Part shown: positions 30,959-40,372 of the stretch, piece by piece | How the letters are laid out: each line of letters begins with the position of its first letter | Numbering within the stretch: the stretch's first letter is position 1 | Notes under the pieces: generated by a model | The model's input: only the letters and a program-made list of their open reading frames with translations | Told to the model about the DNA's origin: nothing | The model's database searches: none | Made by a program: the position numbers and the translations under genes | NCBI GenBank assembly: GCA_016699445.1 | Contig: CP064976.1 | Coordinates: 1,618,952-1,682,951 of the forward strand | DNA: 64,000 bases | Direction: 5' to 3' | From: Deltaproteobacteria bacterium | GTDB taxonomy: Bacteria; UBA10199; JACPAL01; GCA-016699445

Positions 30959-33043
30959 ATGGATATCATCTCAAGTATTTTCGATCTTCTCACGGGGCAA
31001 GGCGTTTTCTTTTTGTTTTTGGCGGTACTCATTCTTTTTATTATCTATAATTCGATTGCGATTGTGGGAGGTTCTGAAACGGCCATTCTGGAAAGACGCT
31101 GGATTGGAAAACAAATGCCCGAAGGTCGTGTCGTGGCGATGGGAAATGAGGTCGGTGTACAAGCGCGGCTTTTGGGACCTGGACTTCATTTTTTGTTTCC
31201 ATTCATTTACCGTGTTCAAAAATTTCCCATGGTGGATGTGAGAGAAGATGAGATTGGTTTAGTGGAATCCATCGATGGTGTGCCAGTGGAGACGTCACGT
31301 ATTTTTGCTAAAGTTGTAGAAGGTCATAATCTTTTTCAAGATGGTGAATTGTTTTTGAAAAATGGTGGTGAAAAAGGTCCTCAAATTCAACTTCTCCCTC
31401 CAGGGCGTTATCGCGTGAATCCATATTTGTTTCGTGTCGAAAAAGTCCCTGCGATTGCGATTCCCAAAGGAAAAATTGGTTTGGTTTCTTCAACTGACGG
31501 GCGTCAAATCGATGCCGGACGTCTTTTGGGTAAAAGTATTCCGGATCATGATAATTTTCAAAATGGTCAGTCGTTTTTAGAGCATGGAGGACAAAAAGGT
31601 CCTCAGCTCGATATTTTATTAGCCGGTACCTATCGTATTAATACTAAACTTTTTCAGATCGAAATCCGTGAAGCGACGATTATTCCCACGAAAAAAATTG
31701 GGTTGGTCACAGCTCGTGACGGTGAGCCTCTTCCATCGAGTGAGTATGTGGCATGTTCTGTACAAGGTCATCGAGAATTTCAGGATGCCTCAACATTTTT
31801 GAAAAATAATGGCCAACGTGGTCCTCAACTCGATTTCCTCAAACCAGGTATTTATTACATTAATCCTCTGATGTTTGATGTGACTTTGGATGAAGTGCTT
31901 AATGTACAACGCGGTGAAGTGGCTGTGGTCGTGTCCAACGTTGGAAAAGATCCTACAGAGCTCATTAAACAAGCGGACGGAAAGCCTGTGACATCTGATG
32001 AGCGTTTGAAATCAGGTGTGGAACGCTATGTGGTGGATGCAGGGTATCGCGGTATTCAGAGAGAAGTGCTAGGGCCTGGAACCTATTATTTAAACAAATT
32101 GGCCTACACGTCCCATATTATTCCAACGACCAATATTACGATCGATTGGGCAGATGAAAAATCAGACGTCAAAGCACGCGTTTTTAATCCTCTTTTGATT
32201 GTATCCAAAGATGGTTTTGAAATGACGATTTCAGTCAAGGTCATCATCCGCGTGCTCCCTCAACAAGCTCCTCACATGCTAGCGCGTATTGGAACGATCG
32301 AGAACTTGATCGAACATGTGATTCATCCTTTGATTGATAGTTCTTTTAGAAACCAGGCTTCCTCCTCAGAAGCGATGAAATTCATGCAGGATCGTCACGA
32401 AGAGCAGCGAAAAGCTGAAGAGCATATCGCCGATGAGTTGACGAAATATCATGTAGAATGCGTGAGTGTCTTGATCTGCCAGATCGTGTTGCCAGAACGT
32501 TTGATGGAAACTCTCACGAGCAAAGTTGTCGCGAGTCAGCAGAAGTCGATGTACGACTCTCAACAAGAAGCCGAAGAGCGTCGTCGTGAAATGGAAAAAA
32601 CAAAAGCTCAGGCCAACCTTCAGCCGGATCTGGTGAAGGCTGAGATCAGTGTGCAGATTGCTAATCAGCAAAAACAACAGGCAATTGTACTGGCCGAAGG
32701 TAAAGGTCAGTCGACCAAGCTTGAACAAGAAGGTGCTGCCGCCGGTATTGAAGCGGTGGGTCGTGCTGAAGGTGAAAAGATTCGTGCGATTGGTCAGGCC
32801 ACCGCAGAAGCGTATACGCGCCAATCTCAGGCCGTAGGACAGATGCCGTTGGCGTTGATTGAAATCATGAAGCAAATCTCCAGTGGCAATATCAAGATCA
32901 CTCCAGATGTGATGGTCCAATCCGAAAAAGGCGACGGCAATGCGAGCTCAAACGTCTTGTCCGCTTTTCTAGCAAGCTTGATGGCGAGTGGGATGAAGCT
33001 TGTGCCAGCCTCCGAACCAGTGAAGCCTACGACAAAAGCTTAA
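30959..33043 (+). CDS. Flotillin-like SPFH/band-7 membrane protein with four N-terminal internal repeats and a C-terminal EA-rich flotillin domain
   Basis: An N-terminal TM helix is followed by a ~75-aa unit (F(Q/L).G..FL..GG.KGPQ...L.PG.Y.(I/V)N) repeated four times. The SPFH core and C-terminal AAAGIEAVGRAEGEKIRAIGQATAEAY follow. Confidence 0.7.
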   Translation: MDIISSIFDLLTGQGVFFLFLAVLILFIIYNSIAIVGGSETAILERRWIGKQMPEGRVVAMGNEVGVQARLLGPGLHFLFPFIYRVQKFPMVDVREDEIGLVESIDGVPVETSRIFAKVVEGHNLFQDGELFLKNGGEKGPQIQLLPPGRYRVNPYLFRVEKVPAIAIPKGKIGLVSSTDGRQIDAGRLLGKSIPDHDNFQNGQSFLEHGGQKGPQLDILLAGTYRINTKLFQIEIREATIIPTKKIGLVTARDGEPLPSSEYVACSVQGHREFQDASTFLKNNGQRGPQLDFLKPGIYYINPLMFDVTLDEVLNVQRGEVAVVVSNVGKDPTELIKQADGKPVTSDERLKSGVERYVVDAGYRGIQREVLGPGTYYLNKLAYTSHIIPTTNITIDWADEKSDVKARVFNPLLIVSKDGFEMTISVKVIIRVLPQQAPHMLARIGTIENLIEHVIHPLIDSSFRNQASSSEAMKFMQDRHEEQRKAEEHIADELTKYHVECVSVLICQIVLPERLMETLTSKVVASQQKSMYDSQQEAEERRREMEKTKAQANLQPDLVKAEISVQIANQQKQQAIVLAEGKGQSTKLEQEGAAAGIEAVGRAEGEKIRAIGQATAEAYTRQSQAVGQMPLALIEIMKQISSGNIKITPDVMVQSEKGDGNASSNVLSAFLASLMASGMKLVPASEPVKPTTKA

Positions 33044-33099
33044 GGGCCCGTCGAGCCCCTCAGGTTGACATAAAGTATATTTTATGTTTTTATGTTTTT

Positions 33100-33321
33100 A
33101 TGAATACGCGTATTACCATCGATCTGCAAGAACAGGCCCTGCTTATGGGTTTAAAGTGGCAGGCAGCTCAAGAGCATAAGGCTTTGAGAGAAATTGTCGT
33201 TGAGGCTTTGCAGAGCTATCTTTCTTATAAAAAGGAAAACCAGGCTCTCATGAAAATAGCGGAAGCTTCGTTTGAGGAATGGGACAATCCCAAGGACGCA
33301 GAATATGATCGCCTACCATGA
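33100..33321 (+). CDS. Small antitoxin (RHH/MazE-like)
   Basis: A 73-aa protein (MNTRITIDLQEQALLMGL..). Its 3' end overlaps the start of the MazF-like gene by 18 bp. Confidence 0.5.
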   Translation: MNTRITIDLQEQALLMGLKWQAAQEHKALREIVVEALQSYLSYKKENQALMKIAEASFEEWDNPKDAEYDRLP

Positions 33322-33655
33322 AGGAGACCTTTGTCTCGTCCCTTTTCCCTTTACTGACCTGACGACCTCCAAGAAAAGACCCGCGTTGATCTTGGCGTGC
33401 ACGAGACCCAAGAAGCTGCCACCTCTTTACGTAGTGGCTATGGTAACGAGTCAAGTGGAGTCAGAAAATATTGATGGTGATTGTCTATTGACGTCTTCCA
33501 AGGAATGCGGACTTTTACATCCCTCGAAGGTGCGATTGACCAAATTAGTGACTCTTGAAGAAAAGATGATTTTTAGTAAATTGGGAAGCCTTGTTAAGAA
33601 AGACAAACAAGGCATCTCTAAGGAGTTGAGTCGAGTCTTCAAAGAGTGGCTTTAA
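33304..33655 (+). CDS. MazF/PemK-family endoribonuclease toxin
   Basis: The sequence GDLCLVPFPFTDLTTSKKRPALILA resembles the MazF/PemK N-terminus. The start is chosen at MIAYHEGD; the ORF track begins at 33272. Confidence 0.65.
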
Positions 33656-33686
33656 GTCACCCGGCAGAAAAATAAGATAATCCAGT

Positions 33687-34955
33687 TTACTTCACCCACG
33701 GTCCCCAAGAAGGTTGGAGAGAGCCTGCAGGGCCAACTTCGGTTTGATTGGCGCCATCTTCACGCATGATGTTCACTGCCGTTTTGCCAGAGCGGGTTGA
33801 GGTGAAAGCAATGAAGCGGGCGTTCGGAGCCCAAGTAGGGCTTTCGTTGTTGCCGCTGCCCGACGTCAGTCTTTGGAGCATGGACCCGTCGGTGTTCATG
33901 ATGAAAAGATCCCAATTTCCTTCTAAGCTTTGAAAGACGATTTTGTCGCCTTTAGGTGACCAAGCGGGATTGTCGTTTTGGACACCGACATAGGTGAGTC
34001 GTTCGACATGGTTGCCACTGGCATCAGCTTTAAACAGATGCAGGCGACCAGCGCGCTCGGAAGCAAACACAAACTGTGATCCATCCGGAGACCAAGAGGG
34101 ATTGACATCAATACCAAAGCTTGAGGTGAGCTTGCGGACAATGTTTCCAGCCATGTTGAGCAAGACGAGATTCGTGTCACCTTCCTGAGCTTGAGCGACG
34201 GTGAGTAATCCATTGGGAGACCAAGTAGGAGAGACATTGACGGTCCCACTGGAGGTGATTTTTTTCGATCCACCCCCGTGACTTCCGGTGACATAGATTT
34301 CGGCATTTCCTGTTTTGCTAAAACTCGTATAAGCAATGGATTGTCCGTCAGGAGAAAAAGCCGGTGAGAGATTGATCGATTTGTCTTTCGTAATGACGCC
34401 GGCATTTTCACCATTCATATCCATGATGCCGATCTCTTTTCCTTTTTTAGCTGCTTGAATGTAGGCAATCTCCGTTGAAAAAACACCACGCTCACCGGTG
34501 AGTTCACGCATGATTTCATCAGAAAAATGATTGGCGACAATCGAAATCTCGTTGATGTTGGTCGTGTAGGTTTTACTCACCAAGCGTGTTGCGGTGACAG
34601 GATCAAACAAAGCCATGTCCACTTGAACTCCTGATTTGCCACCGGAATAAGTACCAATCACCAAAGCTTGAGCTCCAATCAAAGTCCAGGGAGCAAATTG
34701 GATAGCACCCAGATTGGGAGAAATTCCAGGACCGTCTGTGGGGTGTTGGTTGTTTGGAATCAAATCAAACATGCCTGTGAGAGCCAGATTTTTACTGATG
34801 ATATCGGGAATATCTTCACCAATGGAAGAAGATTTCCCTTGAGGAATTAAGTCTGCCACAGCGATTGGAAATTTTTTGTCAGAGGCTTGATCGATTTGAA
34901 TAAAGATACGTGCGTGAAGCGTAGATGAGAGTAACGTTAGGAATCCAAGAACCAT
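33687..34955 (-). CDS. tolB: TolB periplasmic beta-propeller protein
   Basis: The TolB N-terminal domain and repeated SP(D/N)G..(I/L)(A/V)(F/Y) propeller blades are present. The start is chosen at MVLGFLTLLSSTLHA; the ORF track extends to 35126 through repeat copy 2. Confidence 0.85.
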   Translation of the reverse strand: MVLGFLTLLSSTLHARIFIQIDQASDKKFPIAVADLIPQGKSSSIGEDIPDIISKNLALTGMFDLIPNNQHPTDGPGISPNLGAIQFAPWTLIGAQALVIGTYSGGKSGVQVDMALFDPVTATRLVSKTYTTNINEISIVANHFSDEIMRELTGERGVFSTEIAYIQAAKKGKEIGIMDMNGENAGVITKDKSINLSPAFSPDGQSIAYTSFSKTGNAEIYVTGSHGGGSKKITSSGTVNVSPTWSPNGLLTVAQAQEGDTNLVLLNMAGNIVRKLTSSFGIDVNPSWSPDGSQFVFASERAGRLHLFKADASGNHVERLTYVGVQNDNPAWSPKGDKIVFQSLEGNWDLFIMNTDGSMLQRLTSGSGNNESPTWAPNARFIAFTSTRSGKTAVNIMREDGANQTEVGPAGSLQPSWGPWVK

Positions 34956-34975
34956 GACAGCAAAAAAATGACGTC

Positions 34976-35051
34976 TGTCATGGCGAGCGAAGCGTGGCCA
35001 TCTCCCGGCGATGATCGTGAGATCGCCACGCCCTTCGGGCTCGCGATGACA
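34976..35051. repeat. Imperfect palindromic intergenic element, copy 2 of 3 (76 bp)
   Basis: It has the same arms as copy 1 and sits immediately upstream of tolB. Confidence 0.8.
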
Positions 35052-35088
35052 AAATATATTTGATTTCATAAGTTTTCCTTTAATTTCA

Positions 35089-35884
35089 TTAATGAGTCGC
35101 ATTTTGAGGTTTAAACTCAACCACAAAACCTTCGTTTAAGACTTCATACTTTAAACGTTCTGGTGGAATATCTAACGGAGATGATTTTTCAACAGCTCGT
35201 AAGGCCGATTGATCAAACGAAGGATTGCCTGATTGTGTTTCCCATTCGGTTTTTACCACTTCACCACGCTCATTGATGTGAACATTGATGCGACACAAAA
35301 GTCCCATTTCTTGTTCTGTAAATTTCATTGGGATAATCCATTCGTTCATGATTCTCTGTCGGATTTTAGCTTGGTAGATCACATATTCTGGGTCGTTGGG
35401 CATGACATAAGGGCCTGTGGTATTTCCAAAAGTAAAACCACCAGGTTGTCCATCAGGTACTTGAGCGGCTTCAGGGACTGCAGGTTGTTTCGTCGCTAAT
35501 CGTTTCATGCGGCTTAAAGCATCTTCCACTTTTGAATCCGGAAGGCCCGGACGATTCGGCGGCTGAGGAGTATTTTTCTTAACCGTCTTTTTTCTGCTGA
35601 AAAGTCATGTCTGGAGTTTTGTGTCCAGAAGGAGCTGATTCGAGAGTTTGTTTTTGTTGTTGGATCGTAGACTTTGGCAGGCCTTCTGATTTTTTCATCG
35701 GAGTGCCAAAATCGTTGGTGGTGCCTTTAGGAAGATTGATCCAGACAATATCTTCCTGTTTTAAAGGTCGGTGACCAAAAAAAGAGGGAAAGGGGCCAAC
35801 GACAAAAAGTAAAAAGATCGCTGCATGAAGGCCTAGCGAGTAGTAGATCGATTTTTTAAATGGTGTAGGAAGTGAGTCCAACAC
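35089..35884 (-). CDS. tolA: TolA/TonB-like protein (TM anchor, Pro/Lys-rich linker, TonB_C-like domain), split into two ORFs by a frameshift at an A6/T6 run (35588-35593)
   Basis: The N-terminal ORF has the TM helix and ends ..MTFQQKKDG*. Read upstream, the C-terminal ORF frame gives KKTVKKNTPQPPNRPGLPDSKVEDALSRMKRL.. in continuity. The position between tolR and tolB fits. Confidence 0.6.
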
Positions 35885-35885
35885 A

Positions 35886-36335
35886 CTATTTCTTCCCTTG
35901 TTTTTTACGGGGTTTTTCTTCTTCAGCAGGCTCTTGCTGTGTCATGAGCCCAACGCGAATCACCCCTGATTTTTTTGCTAAGGCAATAGCTTTGGCCACA
36001 TACCCATAATTAGCTTCCTGATCCGCTCGAATCAAAAGATCTTTCTTTTCACGTCTTTCAAAAATGGCCGTCAGCTTACTCTCTAAATCATCCATGGTGT
36101 AAGCCTTTTGGTCATTTTGCAAAAAAATACGGCCATTTTTATCGATCGTCATCGTGAGATCTTGTTCTGCATGCTCCATTGCGGGAGCTTCAGCTTCGGG
36201 CAGATGAATATCAATCCCTTGTGAGAGAAGTGGGGCTGTGACCATAAAAACTATCAGTAGCACCAGCATGACGTCGACCAAGGGTGTTATATTAATTTCC
36301 GAAAGGGTATGGTTATGTGAGGATCCGAGTTTCAT
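35886..36335 (-). CDS. tolR: TolR/ExbD biopolymer transport protein
   Basis: A 149-aa protein with a single TM helix (INITPLVDVMLVLLIVFMV). Confidence 0.85.
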   Translation of the reverse strand: MKLGSSHNHTLSEINITPLVDVMLVLLIVFMVTAPLLSQGIDIHLPEAEAPAMEHAEQDLTMTIDKNGRIFLQNDQKAYTMDDLESKLTAIFERREKKDLLIRADQEANYGYVAKAIALAKKSGVIRVGLMTQQEPAEEEKPRKKQGKK

Positions 36336-36338
36336 TTT

Positions 36339-36995
36339 TTAAGAGAAATAATCCTGTTGAATTCTTTGTGAAAGATCTTCGGCAAACCCATTAACATCTT
36401 TTAAAAATGAACGGGTCTGATTGACAAAAATATTATAAAAAATAACCGCAGGAATCGCAGCAGCCAAACCGACGGCTGTGGCAATCAAAGCTTCGGCAAT
36501 GAAAGGTCCCACAACGGCTAAACTTGAAGATCCTGCTTTACCAATTTTCCAAAAAGCAGCGAGAATTCCCCACACCGTTCCAAACAAACCAATAAAGGGC
36601 GCCACGCTACCGGTTGTTGCTAAAAAAGGAATGTACCGTTCGATGCGATCTTCTTCCATGGAGATGGCATTTTCGATGCGTCGTTGTACCAGAGAGAGTG
36701 TGACTTTGCGTCCCTCGCCTTTGTTTTTTCTCATAATGTCGCTGATGCCGGTTCGGAAAATATTAAAGAGGGGATTTTCCTGCCCGGCACTTTTGGCCAA
36801 AAGCTCTTCCAGGCTTGGAGTTCTCCAAAAAGCTTCAAAAAAACGGGCTGCAGAAATTTTCCATTTTTTGAGTTCTTTATATTTGTAAACCACAATAGCC
36901 CAGGATCCGACAGAAAATCCCAAAAGGATAAGAAGTGTTAATTTAACAACTGGATCGGAATCCCAAAGGATTTGGAAAATATGATTTTGTTCCAT
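36339..36995 (-). CDS. tolQ: TolQ/ExbB proton-channel protein
   Basis: Three TM helices and conserved TolQ motifs are present. The start is chosen at MEQNHIFQILW. Confidence 0.85.
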   Translation of the reverse strand: MEQNHIFQILWDSDPVVKLTLLILLGFSVGSWAIVVYKYKELKKWKISAARFFEAFWRTPSLEELLAKSAGQENPLFNIFRTGISDIMRKNKGEGRKVTLSLVQRRIENAISMEEDRIERYIPFLATTGSVAPFIGLFGTVWGILAAFWKIGKAGSSSLAVVGPFIAEALIATAVGLAAAIPAVIFYNIFVNQTRSFLKDVNGFAEDLSQRIQQDYFS

Positions 36996-37112
36996 AGGTG
37001 GCGAAGGGATAATGGGAAGGATTTTAAAAGTCAATTTTGTGAGAGTGGTACTTCTTGTCTTTTCTTCTGAGAGTGAGAACACGCGAAGGCTTAAAGGATT
37101 TTTTTAGTTATT

Positions 37113-37796
37113 ATGACAAATAGTCCCCAAATTGTGGCTTTAAACCTCCAGAGTTATCTTGAACATGCTCAGGCTTTGTATCCTTTTGTAGGAAGAGATG
37201 CCTCTCCATTGCCCATTGATATTGGAAAGGCTTCTCAATTTATCAATGGAGCTCAATGGTTTTTGCGTGAATTTGGATGTTTGATACCGGAAGCTCGTAA
37301 AGCTCAGATGAGTATCCTCTTGGATCAAATAAAAAAAGGTGGAGCAGAAGATTTTAAGACACAAGCAAGCAGGATAGCTCAAGCTCTGGTTGATGATGCC
37401 CTGATACCCATAGATTCGAATGCTTTGTCTGATTATGGGTCTTTTTTGATAGAAGGTCTTGGTCGTTCTGATTCAACTATTTCTTTGGCTTTACTGTATT
37501 CAGGGGCGGTGACATGTTTGAATGCCTCTACAGCCAATGACAATGCTGTGAATCAAGGGATTGCGTCCTTACGGAAGGCTTTAAGTCCTGTGGTGGGAGA
37601 CGATAGAATTCAGTTAATTGTCGATCAAGTTGGTGTTGGAGAAGGTGGATCTCAATCTCTGCTACGTTCTTTATCCTTTTTGGGTTTAGCTCCTGAACAT
37701 CCTGAAACCTTAAGTCCTGCGGAATTAGCTCTCTTTTATAGTGCTATCCGTACGACAAAATCTTCAGCGGGTTCTTCTGTGTCGGGGGAAACGTAA
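37113..37796 (+). CDS. Hypothetical protein, 227 aa
   Basis: An ORF with no recognised motif. It is the first gene of the kinase island. Confidence 0.4.
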   Translation: MTNSPQIVALNLQSYLEHAQALYPFVGRDASPLPIDIGKASQFINGAQWFLREFGCLIPEARKAQMSILLDQIKKGGAEDFKTQASRIAQALVDDALIPIDSNALSDYGSFLIEGLGRSDSTISLALLYSGAVTCLNASTANDNAVNQGIASLRKALSPVVGDDRIQLIVDQVGVGEGGSQSLLRSLSFLGLAPEHPETLSPAELALFYSAIRTTKSSAGSSVSGET

Positions 37797-38758
37797 ATGA
37801 TTTCTACACATAAGGGAATGTGTCTTGTTTATCACCCTCGTATCAATCAAGGCAGTATGGCTCGTGTATATCGTGGGCGTTGGGAAATGGTGTGGAGACG
37901 CAAGATGTTGCCATAAAAATGGTCAATGTAGATCGTGAAAAAAATCCAGATCTTTATGCTCTTGTTGTTCAGAGGTTTGAACGGGAAGCTAAAGTTTTAG
38001 AATTGTTGTCGGGTGTTCCTTACATGATGAGGCTTGTGGATCATGGGTCGGATTCCTTGCTTGTGTGTTCTTTGGTGGAAGGGGAGAGTTTAATGAACTT
38101 TTCCAGAGAAAAAATGATGGTGAAAGATCAGGCCCAATTGGCTTTGAAAATTGTGGATGCTTTGATGGGAGCTCATCAACGGGGCATTGTGCATGGAGAT
38201 GTCAATTCCACCAATCTCATGGTGGCCGACAATTCACCTGTCTTCATCGATTTTAACCTGGCTCAAAATTATCCACCGACAGCTCAAGGCTTTGGCGGCA
38301 AGTTTTCCCGAAAAGCTTTTGAAGGAGCCCCTGGATATTTAGCGCCTGAAATGTTTTTGGGGAAAAGTGTGGGCCAATCTGTTGATTTAACATGGGAAAA
38401 CGCTGTGCAGGTGGATGTCTATGGTTTGGGGGCTGTGTTGTATCATTTGTTTACAGGCTATATCCCCTACATGGGGTTAGATTTTGTTCGTGATCTGCTC
38501 AGTCAAGAAGCCTTTCAAGAAGCCGTTAATGAAGAGGACCGTCGGCGCAAATTATTTAAACATGTGGCTGAGTTGATGAATGCCTGGGGTACGGTAACCA
38601 ATCCTGCCGACGTAAATTATGAATTGCCTATCGAAATTGGGAATATAATTTTAGAATTACTTAATAAAAATCCTTCCAACAGGCCGTCTCTTTTGCAGGT
38701 GAAAAAAGTTTTAAGTCATTGGGTTAAAACTTCAGACTCTTTCGAAGCCGTAGCCTAA
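37797..38758 (+). CDS. Atypical eukaryotic-like Ser/Thr protein kinase-like protein (possible pseudokinase), with an apparent 1-bp frameshift at an A3 run (~37885-37887)
   Basis: The Gly-loop (INQGSMARVYRGRWE) is encoded from the ATG at 37797 in one frame. The motifs VAIK, HGDVNSTN (degenerate catalytic loop), DFN (instead of DFG) and GAPGYLAPE read in the next frame, and one extra A joins them. Confidence 0.6.
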
Positions 38759-38810
38759 AATTTAGCAACATTTCCACACTTTCACCGATAACTCTTAAGC
38801 CTATTGATAA

Positions 38811-39653
38811 TTGAAGGAGGCTTTGGTGAATTCGTTTTCTGTAAAACAATATAATCAAGAAGTAACACAGCTCTTTGGTTTTGTCGCAAGAACTGCAGTT
38901 TTAGCACAGCCATCTCAAGGGCTTACGAGCACAATAACAGCTCCTCAAGTCTCTCTTCCGTCTCAAACGGAAACGCTCATTCGGGCTTCCCAAAAGTCAC
39001 TTCAAACTATCGTTGGTCAAATGGGGGATTTCTCTCAAAAACTTCCGGCTGATTGGCAAGCCTATGTCAATTCGGCTGTTCATCCTGTGGTGACTGAAGG
39101 TGCGACGCCTACGGTAAATCAAGTCAATCTGGCTATCGAAGTCCTAAAAGCTGTGGGCTATTTACCGGTCAATAGAAGTGATGTCATGGCTTATGGAGCT
39201 TTTCTTGAAACTACATTTAAAAATGAAAGATTTAATCCTTGTCAGGTGATGTTTGTGGGGGCTCTTCAATCATTGAAAGCTAATACTTTGCTTCCAGATT
39301 TTTTTTCGCGACCGATAGCTTTGATAGGATCAGCTCTTGCGATCACGACAAGTGTCTATGTCTTGTATGATAATTTGGGTGAAGAATTGCGTGTTAACCT
39401 CTTGGGTCTTGCGGACGAGATGACCCGTTTAGTGCCTCAAGCCATTGCAAAAGAAAGTGCTCAAGGGATGAGTCGTGAAGAAGCAGCCAAAGTATTTAGA
39501 ACTTTAGCCAGTCGGGGAATGTTGGGGTCTTTGGCCGCTTCGGCAGCTCCGGTAGTCCCAGAAGTCTCGGAAGAAGAAAAGAGTCTTTCGGTGCCAATTT
39601 CCTCGAGACCTTCTTTATTAAATGATTTTTCGAACCCCTTAAAAATATTTTAG
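38811..39653 (+). CDS. Hypothetical protein, 280 aa
   Basis: An ORF with a TTG start in the track. A GTG at 38826 is preceded by GAAGGAGG. No motif was recognised. Confidence 0.4.
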   Translation: MKEALVNSFSVKQYNQEVTQLFGFVARTAVLAQPSQGLTSTITAPQVSLPSQTETLIRASQKSLQTIVGQMGDFSQKLPADWQAYVNSAVHPVVTEGATPTVNQVNLAIEVLKAVGYLPVNRSDVMAYGAFLETTFKNERFNPCQVMFVGALQSLKANTLLPDFFSRPIALIGSALAITTSVYVLYDNLGEELRVNLLGLADEMTRLVPQAIAKESAQGMSREEAAKVFRTLASRGMLGSLAASAAPVVPEVSEEEKSLSVPISSRPSLLNDFSNPLKIF

Positions 39654-39673
39654 GTATTGAATCATTAGCCGAT

Positions 39674-40369
39674 TTGACAATTGATCGCTGCTCTCAAATT
39701 TACAATGGGCTTGCTGTGGCGCTTAAAGGGCTTCAAGTAATCAGATCCAGTGAGGTCAATATTCATTTCCCTCTTCCGAGGGTGACAGGTGCCGCCCTTG
39801 ATTATCAGGAGTGTCTTGATTCGTTGAGAGTTTTATTGAGATCGGATCACTATCGAGAGACATCTTTATTTAAAGAAATATCAAAAGACGTGGATTTCGA
39901 CACAGATCCTTCGAGATTTGGTCAAAATATTATTGAACGTGTTTCAACACGTCTCGAAGCTCTTGTTAAAAGTTATGGTTTTGAAATTGATCCTAAACAT
40001 TTAAATGAGTTTTTTAAAGCGCAGATGGTTATCTCCACTGAAGGCAATTTTAAAAATCTTTCTTCTGATAAGAAATGGAGCAAGCTGCACAGTGATCTGG
40101 AAATCATTTTCAATCAAGTGATTAGCGCGAAAGGGTATTTTGCTAAAATGGGACTAGATCCTGTGACATTAAGAGCTCTTCCTGTGGGTTATCTTGCATT
40201 GGCTAAAGAATTGGCAAAAAAAGAAGCCCCTGCTGAGTTGCCGGAATTACCCCCTGAACTTTTAGAGAGTGATTCGGGTGATGATTCAAAAGATGGTTCT
40301 CAAGGTGACAGGGAAACTCCAGAAGAAGAGGCTGCGCGTCTTGAGCGTGCGGAAGAGGAAACAAAATAA
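39674..40369 (+). CDS. Hypothetical protein, 231 aa, with a strongly acidic C-terminal tail
   Basis: The C-terminus is ..ESDSGDDSKDGSQGDRETPEEEAARLERAEEETK. No motif was recognised. Confidence 0.4.
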   Translation: MTIDRCSQIYNGLAVALKGLQVIRSSEVNIHFPLPRVTGAALDYQECLDSLRVLLRSDHYRETSLFKEISKDVDFDTDPSRFGQNIIERVSTRLEALVKSYGFEIDPKHLNEFFKAQMVISTEGNFKNLSSDKKWSKLHSDLEIIFNQVISAKGYFAKMGLDPVTLRALPVGYLALAKELAKKEAPAELPELPPELLESDSGDDSKDGSQGDRETPEEEAARLERAEEETK

Positions 40370-40372
40370 ATT

